From positions 137,082,001 through 137,146,000 of the forward strand of contig OZ024740.1 of the NCBI GenBank assembly GCA_964016885.1: a DNA stretch of 64,000 nt, in the 5' to 3' direction. Below the pieces are notes generated by a model, which did not search any database, had not been told where the DNA came from, and worked only from the letters and a program-made list of their open reading frames with translations. Positions within the stretch are counted from its first letter, which is position 1, and every line of letters begins with the position of its first letter. This document shows, in pieces, positions 28,201 through 41,600 of this stretch. The stretch is from Eledone cirrhosa (Eukaryota). Both the position numbers and the translations under genes were made by a program.

Positions 28201-28480
28201 TTCTCTCAATCTCCAATCCTCTCTTTTTGTTCTCAGTTTTCCCCCAATCTCCAATTCTCTCTTTCTCTTATCACTTTTCTCTCAATCTCCCATTCTCTCT
28301 CTCTCTTATCACTTTTCTCTCAATCACCAATTCTCTCTTTCTCTTATCACTTTTCTCATAATCTCCAATTCTCTCTTTCTCTTATCACTTCTCCCCCCAT
28401 CTACAATTCTCTCTTTCTCTTATCACTTTTCTCTCGATCTCCAATTCTCTCTTTCTCTTATCACTTTTCCCATAATCTCC
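13280..28480. repeat. Left HOR domain: related 2.8-4.3 kb higher-order units with an 11,307-bp long-range register
   Basis: CTCTTGTCAC has its G at 13368, 17646, 20507, 21889 and 24675. CTCTGAATC has its G at 16332, 19155, 23325 and 27639. The pairs 13368/24675, 15371/26678 and 16332/27639 are all offset by 11307. Confidence 0.85.
16760..17550. repeat. 417-bp (11-monomer) internal tandem duplication, also present at about 19.6-20.4 kb and about 23.75-24.6 kb
   Basis: CTCTAATTCTCTTTTTCTCTTTACAC has its TAA at 16794/17211, 19617/20034 and 23787/24204 (each pair 417 = 11x38-1 apart). Only a single copy occurs at 28101. Confidence 0.85.
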
Positions 28481-29479
28481 AATTCTCTCTTTCTCTTATC
28501 ACTTTTCTCTCAATCTCCAATTCTCTCTTTCTCTTATTACTTTTCTGCCAATCTCCAATTCTCTCTTTCTCTTATCACTTTTCTCTCAATCTCCAATTCT
28601 CTCTTTCTCTTATCACTTTTCTGTCAATCTCCAATTTTCTCTTTCTCTTATCACTTTTCTCTCAATCTCTAATTCTCTCTTTCTCTTATCACTTTTCTCT
28701 CAATCTCCAATTCTCTCTTTCTCTTATCACTTTTCTCTCAATCACAATTTTCTCTCTCTCTTATCACCTTTCCCCCAATCTCCAATTCTCTCTTTCTCTT
28801 ATCACTTTTATCTCAATCTGCAATTCTCTCTTTCTCTTATCACTTTTCTCTCAATCTCCAATTCTCTCTTTCTCTTCTCACTTTTCCCCTAATCTCCAAT
28901 TCTCTCTTTCTCTTATCACTTTTCTCTCAATCTCCAATTCTCTCTTTCTCTTATCCATTTTCTCTCAATCTGCAATTCTCTCTATCTTTTCTCACTTTTC
29001 CCCCAATCTCCAATTCTCTCTTTCTCTTCACACTTTTCCCCCAATCTCAAATTCTCTCTTTCTCTTATCACTTTTCTCTCAATCTCCAATTTTCTCTTTC
29101 TCTTATCACTTTTCTCTCCATCTCCAATCTTTCTTTCTCATATCACTTTTCTCTCAAACTCCAATTCTCTCTTTCTCTCATCACTTTTCTCTCAATCTCC
29201 AATTCTCTCTTTCTCTTCTCACTTTTCTCTCAATCTCCAATCCTCTCTTTCTGTTCTCAGTTTTCACCCAATCTCCAATTCTCTATTTCTCTTAGCACTT
29301 TTCTCTCAATCCCCCATTCTCTCTCTCTCTTATCACTTTTCTCTCAAACACCAATTCTCTCTTTCTCTTATCACTTTTCTCTCAATCTCCAATTCTCTCT
29401 TTCTCTTATCACTTTTCTCTCAATCTCCAATTCTCTCTTTCTCTTCTCACTTTTCTCTCAATCTCCAATCCTCTCTTTC

Positions 29480-32400
29480 TGTTCTCAGTTTTCCCCCAAT
29501 CTCCAATTCTCTATTTCTCTTAGCACTTTTCTCTCAATCCCCAATTCTCTCTCTTATCACTTTTCTCTCAATCTCCAATTCTCTCTTTCTCTTATCACTT
29601 TTCTCTCAATCTCCAATTCTCTCTTTCTCTTATCACTTTTCTCTCAATCTCCAATTCTCTCTTTCTCTTCTCACTTTTCCCCTAATCTCCAATTCTCTCT
29701 TTCTCTTATCACTTTTCTCTCAATCTCCAATTCTCCCTTTCTCTTATCCATTTTCTCTCAATCTGCAATTCTCTCTTTCTTTTCCCACTTTTCCCCCAAT
29801 CTCCAATTCTCTCTTTCTCTTCACACTTTTCCCCCAATCTCCAATTCTCTCTTTCTCTTCACACTTTTCCCCCAATCTCCAATTCTCTCTTTCTCTTCTC
29901 ACTTTTCTCTCAATCTCCAATTCTCTCTTTCTCTTATCACTTTTCTCTCAATCTCCAATCCTCTCTTTCTCTTATCACTTTTCTCTCAATCACTTTTCTC
30001 TCAATCTCCAATTCTCTCTTTCTCTTATCACTTTTCTCTCAATCTCCAATTCTCTCTTTCTCTTATCACTTTTCTCTCAATCTCCAATTCTCTCTTTCTC
30101 TTATCACTTTACTCTCAATCTCCAATTCTCTCTTTCTCTTCTCACTTTTCCCCCAATCTCCAATTCTCTCTTTCTCTTATCACTTTTCTCTCAATCTCCA
30201 ATTCTCTCTTTCTCTTATCACTTTTCCCCCAATATCCACTTCTCTCTTTCTCTTATCACTTTTCTCTCAATTACCAATTCTCTCTTTCTCTTATCACTTT
30301 TCTCATAATCTCCAATTCTCTCTTTCTCTTATCACTTTTCTCTCAATCAACCATTCTCTCTCTCTCTTATCACTTTTCTCTCAATCACCAATTCTCTCTT
30401 TCTCTTATCACTTTTCTCATAATCTCCAATTCTCTCTTTCTCTTATCACTTTTTTCTCAATCTCCAATTCTCTCTTTCTCTCATCACTTTTATCTCAATC
30501 TCCAATTCTCTCTTTCTCTTATCACTTTCCTCTCAATCTCCAATTCTCTCTTTCTCTTATCACTTTTCCCCCAATATCCACTTCTCTCTTTCTCTTATCA
30601 CTTTTCTCTCAATCTCCAATTCTCTCTTTCTCTTATCACTTTTCTCTCAATCTCCAATTCTCTCTTTCTCTTATCACTTTTCTCTCAATCTCTAATTCTC
30701 TCTTTCTCTTATCAGTTTTCTCTCAATCTGCAATTCTCTCTTTCTCTTATCACTTTTTTCTCAATCTCCAATTCTCTCTTTCTCTTCTCACTTTTCCCCT
30801 AATCTCCAATTCTCTCTTTCTCTTATCACTTTTCTCTCAATGTCCAATTCTCTCTTTCTCTTATCACTTTTCTCTCAATCTCCAATTCTCTCTTTCTCTT
30901 ATCACTTTTCTCTCAATCTCCAATTCTGTCTTTCTCTTATCCATTTTCTCTCAATCTGCAATTCTCTCTTTCTTTTCTCACTTTTCCTCCAATCTCCAAT
31001 TCTCTCTTTCTCTTCACACTTTTCCCCCAATCTCCAATTCTCTCTTTCTCTTCACACTTTTCCCCCAATCTCCAACACTCTCTTTCTCTTCTTACTTTTC
31101 TCTCAATCTCCAATTCTCTCTTTCCCTTATCACTTTTCTCTCAATCTCCAATCCTCTCTTTCTCTTATCACTTTTCTCTCAATCACTTTTCTCTCAATCT
31201 CCAATTCTCTCTTTCTCTTATCACTTTTCTCTCAATCTCCAATTCTCTCTTTCTCTTATCCATTTTCTCTCAATCTGCAATTCTCTCTTTCTTTTCTCAC
31301 TTTTCCTCCAATCTCCAATTCTCTCTTTCTCTTATCACTTTCCTCTCACTCTTCAATTCTCTCTTTCTCTTCTCACTTTTCCCCCAATATCCACTTCTCT
31401 CTTTCTCTTATCACTTTTCTCTCAATCTCCAATTCTCTCTTTCTCATATCACTTTTCTCTCAAACTCCAATTCTCTCTTTCTCTCATCACTTTTCTCTCA
31501 ATCTCCAATTCTCTCTTTCTCTTATCCATTTTCTCTCAATCTGCAATTCTCTCTTTCTTTTCTCACTTTTCCCCCAATCTCCAATTCTCTCTTTCTCTTC
31601 ACACTTTTCCCCCAATCTCCAATTGTCTCTTTCTCTTATCACTTTTCTCTCAATCTCCAATTTTCTCTTTCTCTCATCACTTTTCTCTCAATCTCCAATC
31701 TCTCTTTCTCATATCACTTTTCTATCAAACTCCAATTCTCTCTTTCTCTCATCACTTTTCTCTCAATCTCCAATTCTCTCTTTCTCTTATCACTTTTCTC
31801 TCAATCTCCAACTCTCTCTTTCTCTTATCCCTTTTCTCTCAATCTCCAATTCTCTCTTTCTCTTCTCACTTTTCTCTCAATCTCCAATCCTCTCTATCTG
31901 TTCGCAGTTTTCCCCCAATCTCCAATTCTCTATTTCTCTTAGCACTTTTCTCTCAATCTCCAATCTCTCTTTCTCATATCACTTTTCTCTCAAACTCCAA
32001 TTCTCGCTTTCTCTCATCACCTTTCTCTCAATCGCCAACTCTCTCTTTCTCTTATCCCTTGTCTTTCAATCTCCAATTATCACTTTCTCTTATCACTTTT
32101 CTCTCAATCTCCAATTCTCTCTTTCTCTTCTCACTTTTCCCCCAATCTCCAATTCTCTTTTTCTCTTTACACTTTTCCCCAACCTCCAATTCACTCTTTC
32201 TCTTCTCACTTTTCTCTCAATCTCCAATCCTCTCTTTCTGTTCTCAGTTTTCCCCCAATCTCCAATTCTCTCTTTCTCTTATCACTTTTCTCTCAATCTC
32301 CCATTCTCTCTCTCTCTTATCACTTTTCTCTCAATCACCAATTCTCTCTTTCTCTTATCACTTTTCTCATAATCTCCAATTCTCTCTTTCTCTTATTACT

Positions 32401-35400
32401 TTTCTCTCAATCTCCAATTCTCTCTTTCTCTTATCACTTCTCCCCCAATCTACAATTCTCTCTTTCTCTTATCACTTTTCTCTCAATCTCCAATTCTCTC
32501 TTTCTCTTATCACTTTTCCCATAATCTCCAATTCTCTCTTTCTCTTATCACTTTTCTCTCAATCTCCAATTCTCTCTTTCTCTTATCACTTTTCTGCCAA
32601 TCTCCAATTCTCTCTTTCTCTTATCACTTTTCTCTCAATCTCCAATTCTCTCTTTCTCTTATCACTTTTCTCTCAATCTCTAATTCTCTCTTTCTCTTAT
32701 CACTTTTCTCTCAATCTCCAATTCTCTCTTTCTCTTATCACTTTTCTCTCAATCACAATTTTCTCTTTCTCTTATCACCTTTCCCCCAATCTCCAATTCT
32801 CTCTTTCTCTTATCACTTTTATCTCAATCTGCAATTCTCTCTTTCTCTTATCACTTTTCTCTCAATATCCAATTCTCTCTTTCTCTTCTCACTTTTCCCC
32901 TAATCTCCAATTCTCTCTTTCTCTTATCACTTTTCTCTCAATCTCCAATTCTCTCTTTCTCTTATCCATTTTCTCTCAATCTGCAATTCTCTCTTTCTTT
33001 TCTCACTTTTCCCCCAATCTCCAATTCTCTCTTTCTCTTCACACTTTTCCCCCAATCTCAAATTCTCTCTTTCTCTTATCACTTTTCTCTCAATCTCCAA
33101 TTTTCTCTTTCTCTTATCACTTTTCTCTCCATCTCCAATCTTTCTTTCTCATATCACTTTTCTCTCAAACTCCAATTCTCTCTTTCTCTCATCACTTTTC
33201 TCTCAATCTCCAATTCTCTCTTTCTCTTCTCACTTTTCTCTCAATCTCCAATCCTCTCTTTCTGTTCTCAGTTTTCCCCCAATCTCCAATTCTCTATTTC
33301 TCTTAGCACTTTTCTCTCAATCCCCCATTCTCTCTCTCTCTTATCACTTTTCTCTCAAACTCCAATTCTCTCTTTCTCTTATCCCTTTTCTCTCAATCTC
33401 CAATTCTCTCTTTCTCTTATCACTTTTCTCTCAATCTCCAATTCTCTCTTTCTCTTCTCACTTTTCTCTCAATCTCCAATCCTCTCTTTCTGTTCTCAGT
33501 TTTCCCCCAATCTCCAATTCTCTATTTCTCTTAGCACTTTTCTCTCAATCCCCCATTCTCTCTCTTATCACTTTTCTCTCAAACTCCAATTCTCTCTTTC
33601 TCTTATCACTTTTCTCTCAACCTCCAATTCTCTCTTTCTCTTATCACTTTTCTCTCAATCTCCAATTCTCTCTTTCTCTTCTCACTTTTCCCCTAATCTC
33701 CAATTCTCTCTTTCTCTTATCACTTTTCTCTCAATCTCCAATTCTCCCTTTCTCTTATCCATTTTCTCTCAATCTGCAATTCTCTCTTTCTTTTCCCACT
33801 TTTCCCCCAATCTCCAATTCTCTCTTTCTCTTCTCACTTTTCTCTCAATCTCCAATCCTCTCTATCTGTTCTCAGTTTTCCCCCAATCTCCAATTCTCTA
33901 TTTCTCTTAGCACTTTTCTTTCAATCCCCTATTCTCTCTCTCTCTTATCACTTTTCTCTCAATCTCCAATTTTCTCTTTCTCTTATCACTTTTCTCTCAA
34001 ACTCCAATTCTCTCTTTCTCTCATCACCTTTCTCTCAATCGCCAACTCTCTCTTTCTCTTATCCCTTTTCTCTCAATCTCCAATTATCTCTTTCTCTTAT
34101 CACTTTTCTCTCAATCTCCAATTCTCTCTTTCTCTTCTCACTTTTCCCTCAATCTCCAATTCTCTTTTTCTCTTTACACTTTTCCCCAACCTCCAATTCT
34201 CTCTTTCTCTTATCACTTTTCTCCCAATCTCCCATTCTCTCTTTCTCTTCTCACTTTTCTCTCAATCTCCAATCCTCTCTTTCTATTCTCAGTTTTCCCC
34301 CAATCTCCAATTCTCTCTTTCTCTTATCACTTTTCTCTCAATCTCCCATTCTCTCTCTCTCTTATCACTTTTCTCTCAATCACCAATTCTCTCTTTCTCT
34401 TATCACTTTTCTCATAATCTCCAATTCTCTCTTTCTCTTATTACTTTTCTCTCAATCTCCAATTCTCTCTTTCTCTTATCACTTCTCCCCCAATCTACAA
34501 TTCTCTCTTTCTCTTATCACTTTTCTCTCAATCTCCAATTCTCTCTTTCTCTTATCACTTTTCTCTCAATCTCCAATTCTCTCTTTCTCTTCTCACTTTT
34601 CCCCTAATCTCCAATTCTCTCTTTCTCTTATCACTTTTCTCTCAATCTCCAATTCTCCCTTTCTCTTATCCATTTTCTCTCAATCTGCAATTCTCTCTTT
34701 CTTTTCCCACTTTTCCCCAATCTCCAATTCTCTCTTTCTCTTCTCACTTTTCTCTCAATCTCCAATCCTCTCTATCTGTTCTCAGTTTTCCCCCAATCTC
34801 CAATTCTCTATTTCTCCTAGCACTTTTCTTTCAATCCCCCATTCTCTCTCTCTCTTATCACTTTTCTCTCAATCTCCAATTTTCTCTTTCTCTTATCACT
34901 TTTCTCTCAAACTCCAATTCTCTCTTTCTCTCATCACCTTTCTCTCAATCACCAACTCTCACTTTCTCTTATCCCTTTTCTCTCAATCTCCAATTATCTC
35001 TTTCTCTTATCACTTTTCTCTCAATCTCCAATTCTCTCTTTCTTTTCTCACTTTTCCCCCAATCTCCAATTCTCTTTTTCTCTTTACACTTTTCCCCAAC
35101 CTCCAATTTTCTCTTTCTCTTATCACTTTTCTCTCAATCTCCAATTCTCTCTTTCTCTTCTCACTTTTCTCTCAATCTCCAATCCTCTCTTTCTGTTCTC
35201 AGTTTTCCCCCAATCTCCAATTCTCTCTTTCTCTTATCACTTTTCTCTCAATCTCCCATTCTCTCTCTCTCTTATCACATTTCTCTCAATCTCCAATTCT
35301 CTCTTTCTCTTATCACTTCTCCCCCAATCTACAATTCTCTCTTTCTCTTATCACTATTCTCTCAATCTCCAATTCTCTCTTTCTCTTATCACTTTTCCCA

Positions 35401-38400
35401 TAATCTCCAATTCTCTCTGTCTCTTATCACTTTTCTCTCAATCTCCAATTCTCTCTTTCTCTTCTCACTTTTCCCCTAATCTCCAATTCTCTCTTTCTCT
35501 TATCACTTTTCTCTCAATCTCCAATTCTCCCTTTCTCTTATCCATTTTCTCTCAATCTGCAATTCTCTCTTTCTTTTCCCACTTTTCCCCCAATCTCCAA
35601 TTCTCTCTTTCTCTTCTCACTTTTCTCTCAATCTCCAATCCTCTCTATCTGTTCTCAGTTTTCCCCCAATCTCCAATTCTCTATTTCTCTTAGCACTTTT
35701 CTCTCAATCCCCAATTCTCTCTCTTATCACTTTTCTCTCAATCTCCAATTCTCTCTTTCTCTTATCACTTTTCTCTCAATCTCCAATTCTCTCTTTCTCT
35801 TATCACTTTTCTCTCAATCTCCAATTCTCTCTTTCTCTTCTCACTTTTCCCCTAATCTCCAATTCTCTCTTTCTCTTATCACTTTTCTCTCAATCTCCAA
35901 TTCTCCCTTTCTCTTATCCATTTTCTCTCAATCTGCAATTCTCTCTTTCTTTTCCCACTTTTCCCCCAATCTCCAATTCTCTCTTTCTCTTCACACTTTC
36001 CCCCAATCTCCAATTCTCTCTTTCTCTTCACACTTTTCCCCCAATCTCCAATTCTCTCTTTCTCTTCTCACTTTCTCTCAATCTCCAATTCTCTCTTTCT
36101 CTTATCACTTTTCTCTCAATCTCCAATCCTCTCTTTCTCTTATCACTTTTCTCTCAATCACTTTTCTCTCAATCTCCAATTCTCTCTTTCTCTTATCACT
36201 TTTCTCTCAATCTCCAATTCTCTCTTTCTCTTATCACTTTTCTCTCAATCTCCAATTCTCTCTTTCTCTTATCACTTTACTCTCAATCTCCAATTCTCTC
36301 TTTCTCTTCTCACTTTTCCCCCAATCTCCAATTCTCTCTTTCTCTTATCACTTTTCTCTCAATCTCCAATTCTCTCTTTCTCTTATCACTTTTCCCCCAA
36401 TATCCACTTCTCTCTTTCTCTTATCACTTTTCTCTCAATTACCAATTCTCTCTTTCTCTTATCACTTTTCTCATAATCTCCAATTCTCTCTTTCTCTTAT
36501 CACTTTTCTCTCAATCTCCCATTCTCTCTCTCTCTTATCACTTTTCTCTCAATCACCAATTCTCTCTTTCTCTTATCACTTTTCTCATAATCTCCAAGTC
36601 TCTCTTTCTCTTATCACTTTTTTCTCAATCTCCAATTCTCTCTTTCTCTCATCACTTTTATCTCAATCTCCAATTCTCTCTTTCTCTTATCACTTTCCTC
36701 TCAATCTCCAATTCTCTCTATCTCTTATCACTTTTCCCCCAATATCCACTTCTCTCTTTCTCTTATCACTTTTCTCTCAATCTCCAATTCTCTCTTTCTC
36801 TTATCACTTTTCTCTCAATCTCCAATTCTCTCTTTCTCTTATCACTTTTCTCTCAATCTCTAATTCTCTCTTTCTCTTATCAGTTTTCTCTCAATCTGCA
36901 ATTCTCTCTTTCTCTTATCACTTTTCTCTCAATCTCCAATTCTCTCTTTCTCTTCTCACTTTTCCCCTAATCTCCAATTCTCTCTTTCTCTTATCACTTT
37001 TCTCTCAATGTCCAATTCTCTCTTTCTCTTATCACTTTTCTCTCAATCTCCAATTCTCTCTTTCTCTTATCACTTTTCTCTCAATCTCCAATTCTCTCTT
37101 TCTCTTATCCATTTTCTCTCAATCTGCAATTCTCTCTTTCTTTTCTCACTTTTCCTCCAATCTCCAATTCTCTCTTTCTCTTCACACTTTTCCCCCAATC
37201 TCCAATTCTCTCTTTCTCTTCACACTTTTCCCCCAATCTCCAACACTCTCTTTCTCTTCTTACTTTTCTCTCAATCTCCAATCCTCTCTTTCTCTTATCA
37301 CTTTTCTCTCAATCACTTTTCTCTCAATCTCCAATTCTCTCTTTCTCTTATCACTTTTCTCTCAATCTCCAATTCTCTCTTTCTCTTATCCATTTTCTCT
37401 CAATCTGCAATTCTCTCTTTCTTTTCTCACTTTTCCTCCAATCTCCAATTCTCTCTTTCTCTTATCACTTTCCTCTCACTCTTCAATTCTCTCTTTCTCT
37501 TCTCACTTTTCCCCCAATATCCACTTCTCTCTTTCTCTTATCACTTTTCTCTCAATCTCCAATTCTCTCTTTCTCATATCACTTTTCTCTCAAACTCCAA
37601 TTCTCTCTTTCTCTCATCACTTTTCTCTCAATCTCCAATTCTCTCTTTCTCTTATCCATTTTCTCTCAATCTTCAATTCTCTCTTTCTTTTCTCACTTTT
37701 CCCCCAATCTCCAATTCTCTCTTTCTCTTCACACTTTTCCCCCAATCTCCAATTGTCTCTTTCTCTTATCACTTTTCTCTCAATCTCCAATTTTCTCTTT
37801 CTCTCATCACTTTTCTCTCAATCTCCAATCTCTCTTTCTCATATCACTTTTCTATCAAACTCCAATTCTCTCTTTCTCTCATCACTTTTCTCTCAATCTC
37901 CAATTCTCTCTTTCTCTTATCACTTTTCTCTCAATCTCCAACTCTCTCTTTCTCTTATCCCTTTTCTCTCAATCTCCAATTCTCTCTTTCTCTTCTCACT
38001 TTTCTCTCAATCTCCAATCCTCTCTATCTGTTCGCAGTTTTCCCCCAATCTCCAATTCTCTATTTCTCTTAGCACTTTTCTCTCAATCTCCAATCTCTCT
38101 TTCTCATATCACTTTTCTCTCAAACTCCAATTCTCTCTTTCTCTCATCACCTTTCTCTCAATCGCCAACTCTCTCTTTCTCTTATCCCTTGTCTTTCAAT
38201 CTCCAATTATCACTTTCTCTTATCACTTTTCTCTCAATCTCCAATTCTCTCTTTCTCTTCTCACTTTTCCCCCAATCTCCAATTCTCTTTTTCTCTTTAC
38301 ACTTTTCCCCAACCTCCAATTCACTCTTTCTCTTCTCACTTTTCTCTCAATCTCCAATCCTCTCTTTCTGTTCTCAGTTTTCCCCCAATCTCCAATTCTC

Positions 38401-41400
38401 TCTTTCTCTTATCACTTTTCTCTCAATCTCCCATTCTCTCTCTCTCTTATCACTTTTCTCTCAATCACCAATTCTCTCTTTCTCTTATCACTTTTCTCAT
38501 AATCTCCAATTCTCTCTTTCTCTTATTACTTTTCTCTCAATCTCCAATTCTCTCTTTCTCTTATCACTTCTCCCCCAATCTACAATTCTCTCTTTCTCTT
38601 ATCACTTTTCTCTCAATCTCCAATTCTCTCTTTCTCTTATCACTTTTCCCATAATCTCCAATTCTCTCTTTCTCTTATCACTTTTCTCTCAATCTCCAAT
38701 TCTCTCTTTCTCTTATCACTTTTCTGCCAATCTCCAATTCTCTCTTTCTCTTATCACTTTTCTCTCAATCTCCAATTCTCTCTTTCTCTTATCACTTTTC
38801 TCTCAATCTCTAATTCTCTCTTTCTCTTATCACTTTTCTCTCAATCTCCAATTCTCTCTTTCTCTTATCACTTTTCTCTCAATCACAATTTTCTCTTTCT
38901 CTTATCACCTTTCCCCCAATCTCCAATTCTCTCTTTCTCTTATCACTTTTATCTCAATCTGCAATTCTCTCTTTCTCTTATCACTTTTCTCTCAATATCC
39001 AATTCTCTCTTTCTCTTCTCACTTTTCCCCTAATCTCCAATTCTCTCTTTCTCTTATCACTTTTCTCTCAATCTCCAATTCTCTCTTTCTCTTATCCATT
39101 TTCTCTCAATCTGCAATTCTCTCTTTCTTTTCTCACTTTTCCCCCAATCTCCAATTCTCTCTTTCTCTTCACACTTTTCCCCCAATCTCAAATTCTCTCT
39201 TTCTCTTATCACTTTTCTCTCAATCTCCAATTTTCTCTTTCTCTTATCACTTTTCTCTCCATCTCCAATCTTTCTTTCTCATATCACTTTTCTCTCAAAC
39301 TCCAATTCTCTCTTTCTCTCATCACTTTTCTCTCAATCTCCAATTCTCTCTTTCTCTTCTCACTTTTCTCTCAATCTCCAATCCTCTCTTTCTGTTCTCA
39401 GTTTTCCCCCAATCTCCAATTCTCTATTTCTCTTAGCACTTTTCTCTCAATCCCCCATTCTCTCTCTCTCTTATCACTTTTCTCTCAAACTCCAATTCTC
39501 TCTTTCTCTTATCCCTTTTCTCTCAATCTCCAATTCTCTCTTTCTCTTATCACTTTTCTCTCAATCTCCAATTCTCTCTTTCTCTTCTCACTTTTCTCTC
39601 AATCTCCAATCCTCTCTTTCTGTTCTCAGTTTTCCCCCAATCTCCAATTCTCTATTTCTCTTAGCACTTTTCTCTCAATCCCCCATTCTCTCTCTTATCA
39701 CTTTTCTCTCAAACTCCAATTCTCTCTTTCTCTTATCACTTTTCTCTCAACCTCCAATTCTCTCTTTCTCTTATCACTTTTCTCTCAATCTCCAATTCTC
39801 TCTTTCTCTTCTCACTTTTCCCCTAATCTCCAATTCTCTCTTTCTCTTATCACTTTTCTCTCAATCTCCAATTCTCCCTTTCTCTTATCCATTTTCTCTC
39901 AATCTGCAATTCTCTCTTTCTTTTCCCACTTTTCCCCCAATCTCCAATTCTCTCTTTCTCTTCTCACTTTTCTCTCAATCTCCAATCCTCTCTATCTGTT
40001 CTCAGTTTTCCCCCAATCTCCAATTCTCTATTTCTCTTAGCACTTTTCTTTCAATCCCCTATTCTCTCTCTCTCTTATCACTTTTCTCTCAATCTCCAAT
40101 TTTCTCTTTCTCTTATCACTTTTCTCTCAAACTCCAATTCTCTCTTTCTCTCATCACCTTTCTCTCAATCGCCAACTCTCTCTTTCTCTTATCCCTTTTC
40201 TCTCAATCTCCAATTATCTCTTTCTCTTATCACTTTTCTCTCAATCTCCAATTCTCTCTTTCTCTTCTCACTTTTCCCTCAATCTCCAATTCTCTTTTTC
40301 TCTTTACACTTTTCCCCAACCTCCAATTCTCTCTTTCTCTTATCACTTTTCTCTCAATCTCCCATTCTCTCTTTCTCTTCTCACTTTTCTCTCAATCTCC
40401 AATCCTCTCTTTCTATTCTCAGTTTTCCCCCAATCTCCAATTCTCTCTTTCTCTTATCACTTTTCTCTCAATCTCCCATTCTCTCTCTCTCTTATCACTT
40501 TTCTCTCAATCACCAATTCTCTCTTTCTCTTATCACTTTTCTCATAATCTCCAATTCTCTCTTTCTCTTATTACTTTTCTCTCAATCTCCAATTCTCTCT
40601 TTCTCTTATCACTTCTCCCCCAATCTACAATTCTCTCTTTCTCTTATCACTTTTCTCTCAATCTCCAATTCTCTCTTTCTCTTATCACTTTTCTCTCAAT
40701 CTCCAATTCTCTCTTTCTCTTCTCACTTTTCCCCTAATCTCCAATTCTCTCTTTCTCTTATCACTTTTCTCTCAATCTCCAATTCTCCCTTTCTCTTATC
40801 CATTTTCTCTCAATCTGCAATTCTCTCTTTCTTTTCCCACTTTTCCCCCAATCTCCAATTCTCTCTTTCTCTTCTCACTTTTCTCTCAATCTCCAATCCT
40901 CTCTATCTGTTCTCAGTTTTCCCCCAATCTCCAATTCTCTATTTCTCTTAGCACTTTTCTTTCAATCCCCCATTCTCTCTCTCTCTTATCACTTTTCTCT
41001 CAATCTCCAATTTTCTCTTTCTCTTATCACTTTTCTCTCAAACTCCAATTCTCTCTTTCTCTCATCACCTTTCTCTCAATCACCAACTCTCACTTTCTCT
41101 TATCCCTTTTCTCTCAATCTCCAATTATCTCTTTCTCTTATCACTTTTCTCTCAATCTCCAATTCTCTCTTTCTCTTCTCACTTTTCCCCCAATCTCCAA
41201 TTCTCTTTTTCTCTTTACACTTTTCCCCAACCTCCAATTCTCTCTTTCTCTTATCACTTTTCTCTCAATCTCCAATTCTCTCTTTCTCTTCTCACTTTTC
41301 TCTCAATCTCCAATCCTCTCTTTCTGTTCTCAGTTTTCCCCCAATCTCCAATTCTCTCTTTCTCTTATCACTTTTCTCTCAATCTCCCATTCTCTCTCTC

Positions 41401-41600
41401 TCTTATCACATTTCTCTCAATCTCCAATTCTCTCTTTCTCTTATCACTTCTCCCCCAATCTACAATTCTCTCTTTCTCTTATCACTATTCTCTCAATCTC
41501 CAATTCTCTCTTTCTCTTATCACTTTTCCCATAATCTCCAATTCTCTCTGTCTCTTATCACTTTTCTCTCAATCTCCAATTCTCTCTTTCTCTTCTCACT
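29480..41600. repeat. About 6.1 kb tandem segmental duplication within the array (two copies)
   Basis: The rare AATGTCC is at 30840/37008 and CAATTACC at 30271/36439 (6168 apart). Identical 415-aa ORF-track hits start at 32059/38189 (6130). ATCGCCAAC is at 34038/40168 (6130). TCTGTCTC has its G at 35419/41550 (6131). Confidence 0.9.

Noticed and set aside
24295-36080. Isolated 1-bp deletions in T or C runs (about 24302, 24341, 26062, 34715, 36000, 36072)
   Set aside because: They are singletons in homopolymers not shared by paralogous copies, so they may be long-read consensus errors. They were not treated as biological signal.
4991-39436. Long + strand ORFs (up to 760 aa) of S/L/F-rich repeats, superficially like membrane or leucine-rich-repeat proteins
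   Set aside because: They are translations of the stop-free 38-bp satellite. All three frames give the same peptide, ORFs overlap in different frames, starts are chance TTG or ATG variants, and indels and stops occur freely.
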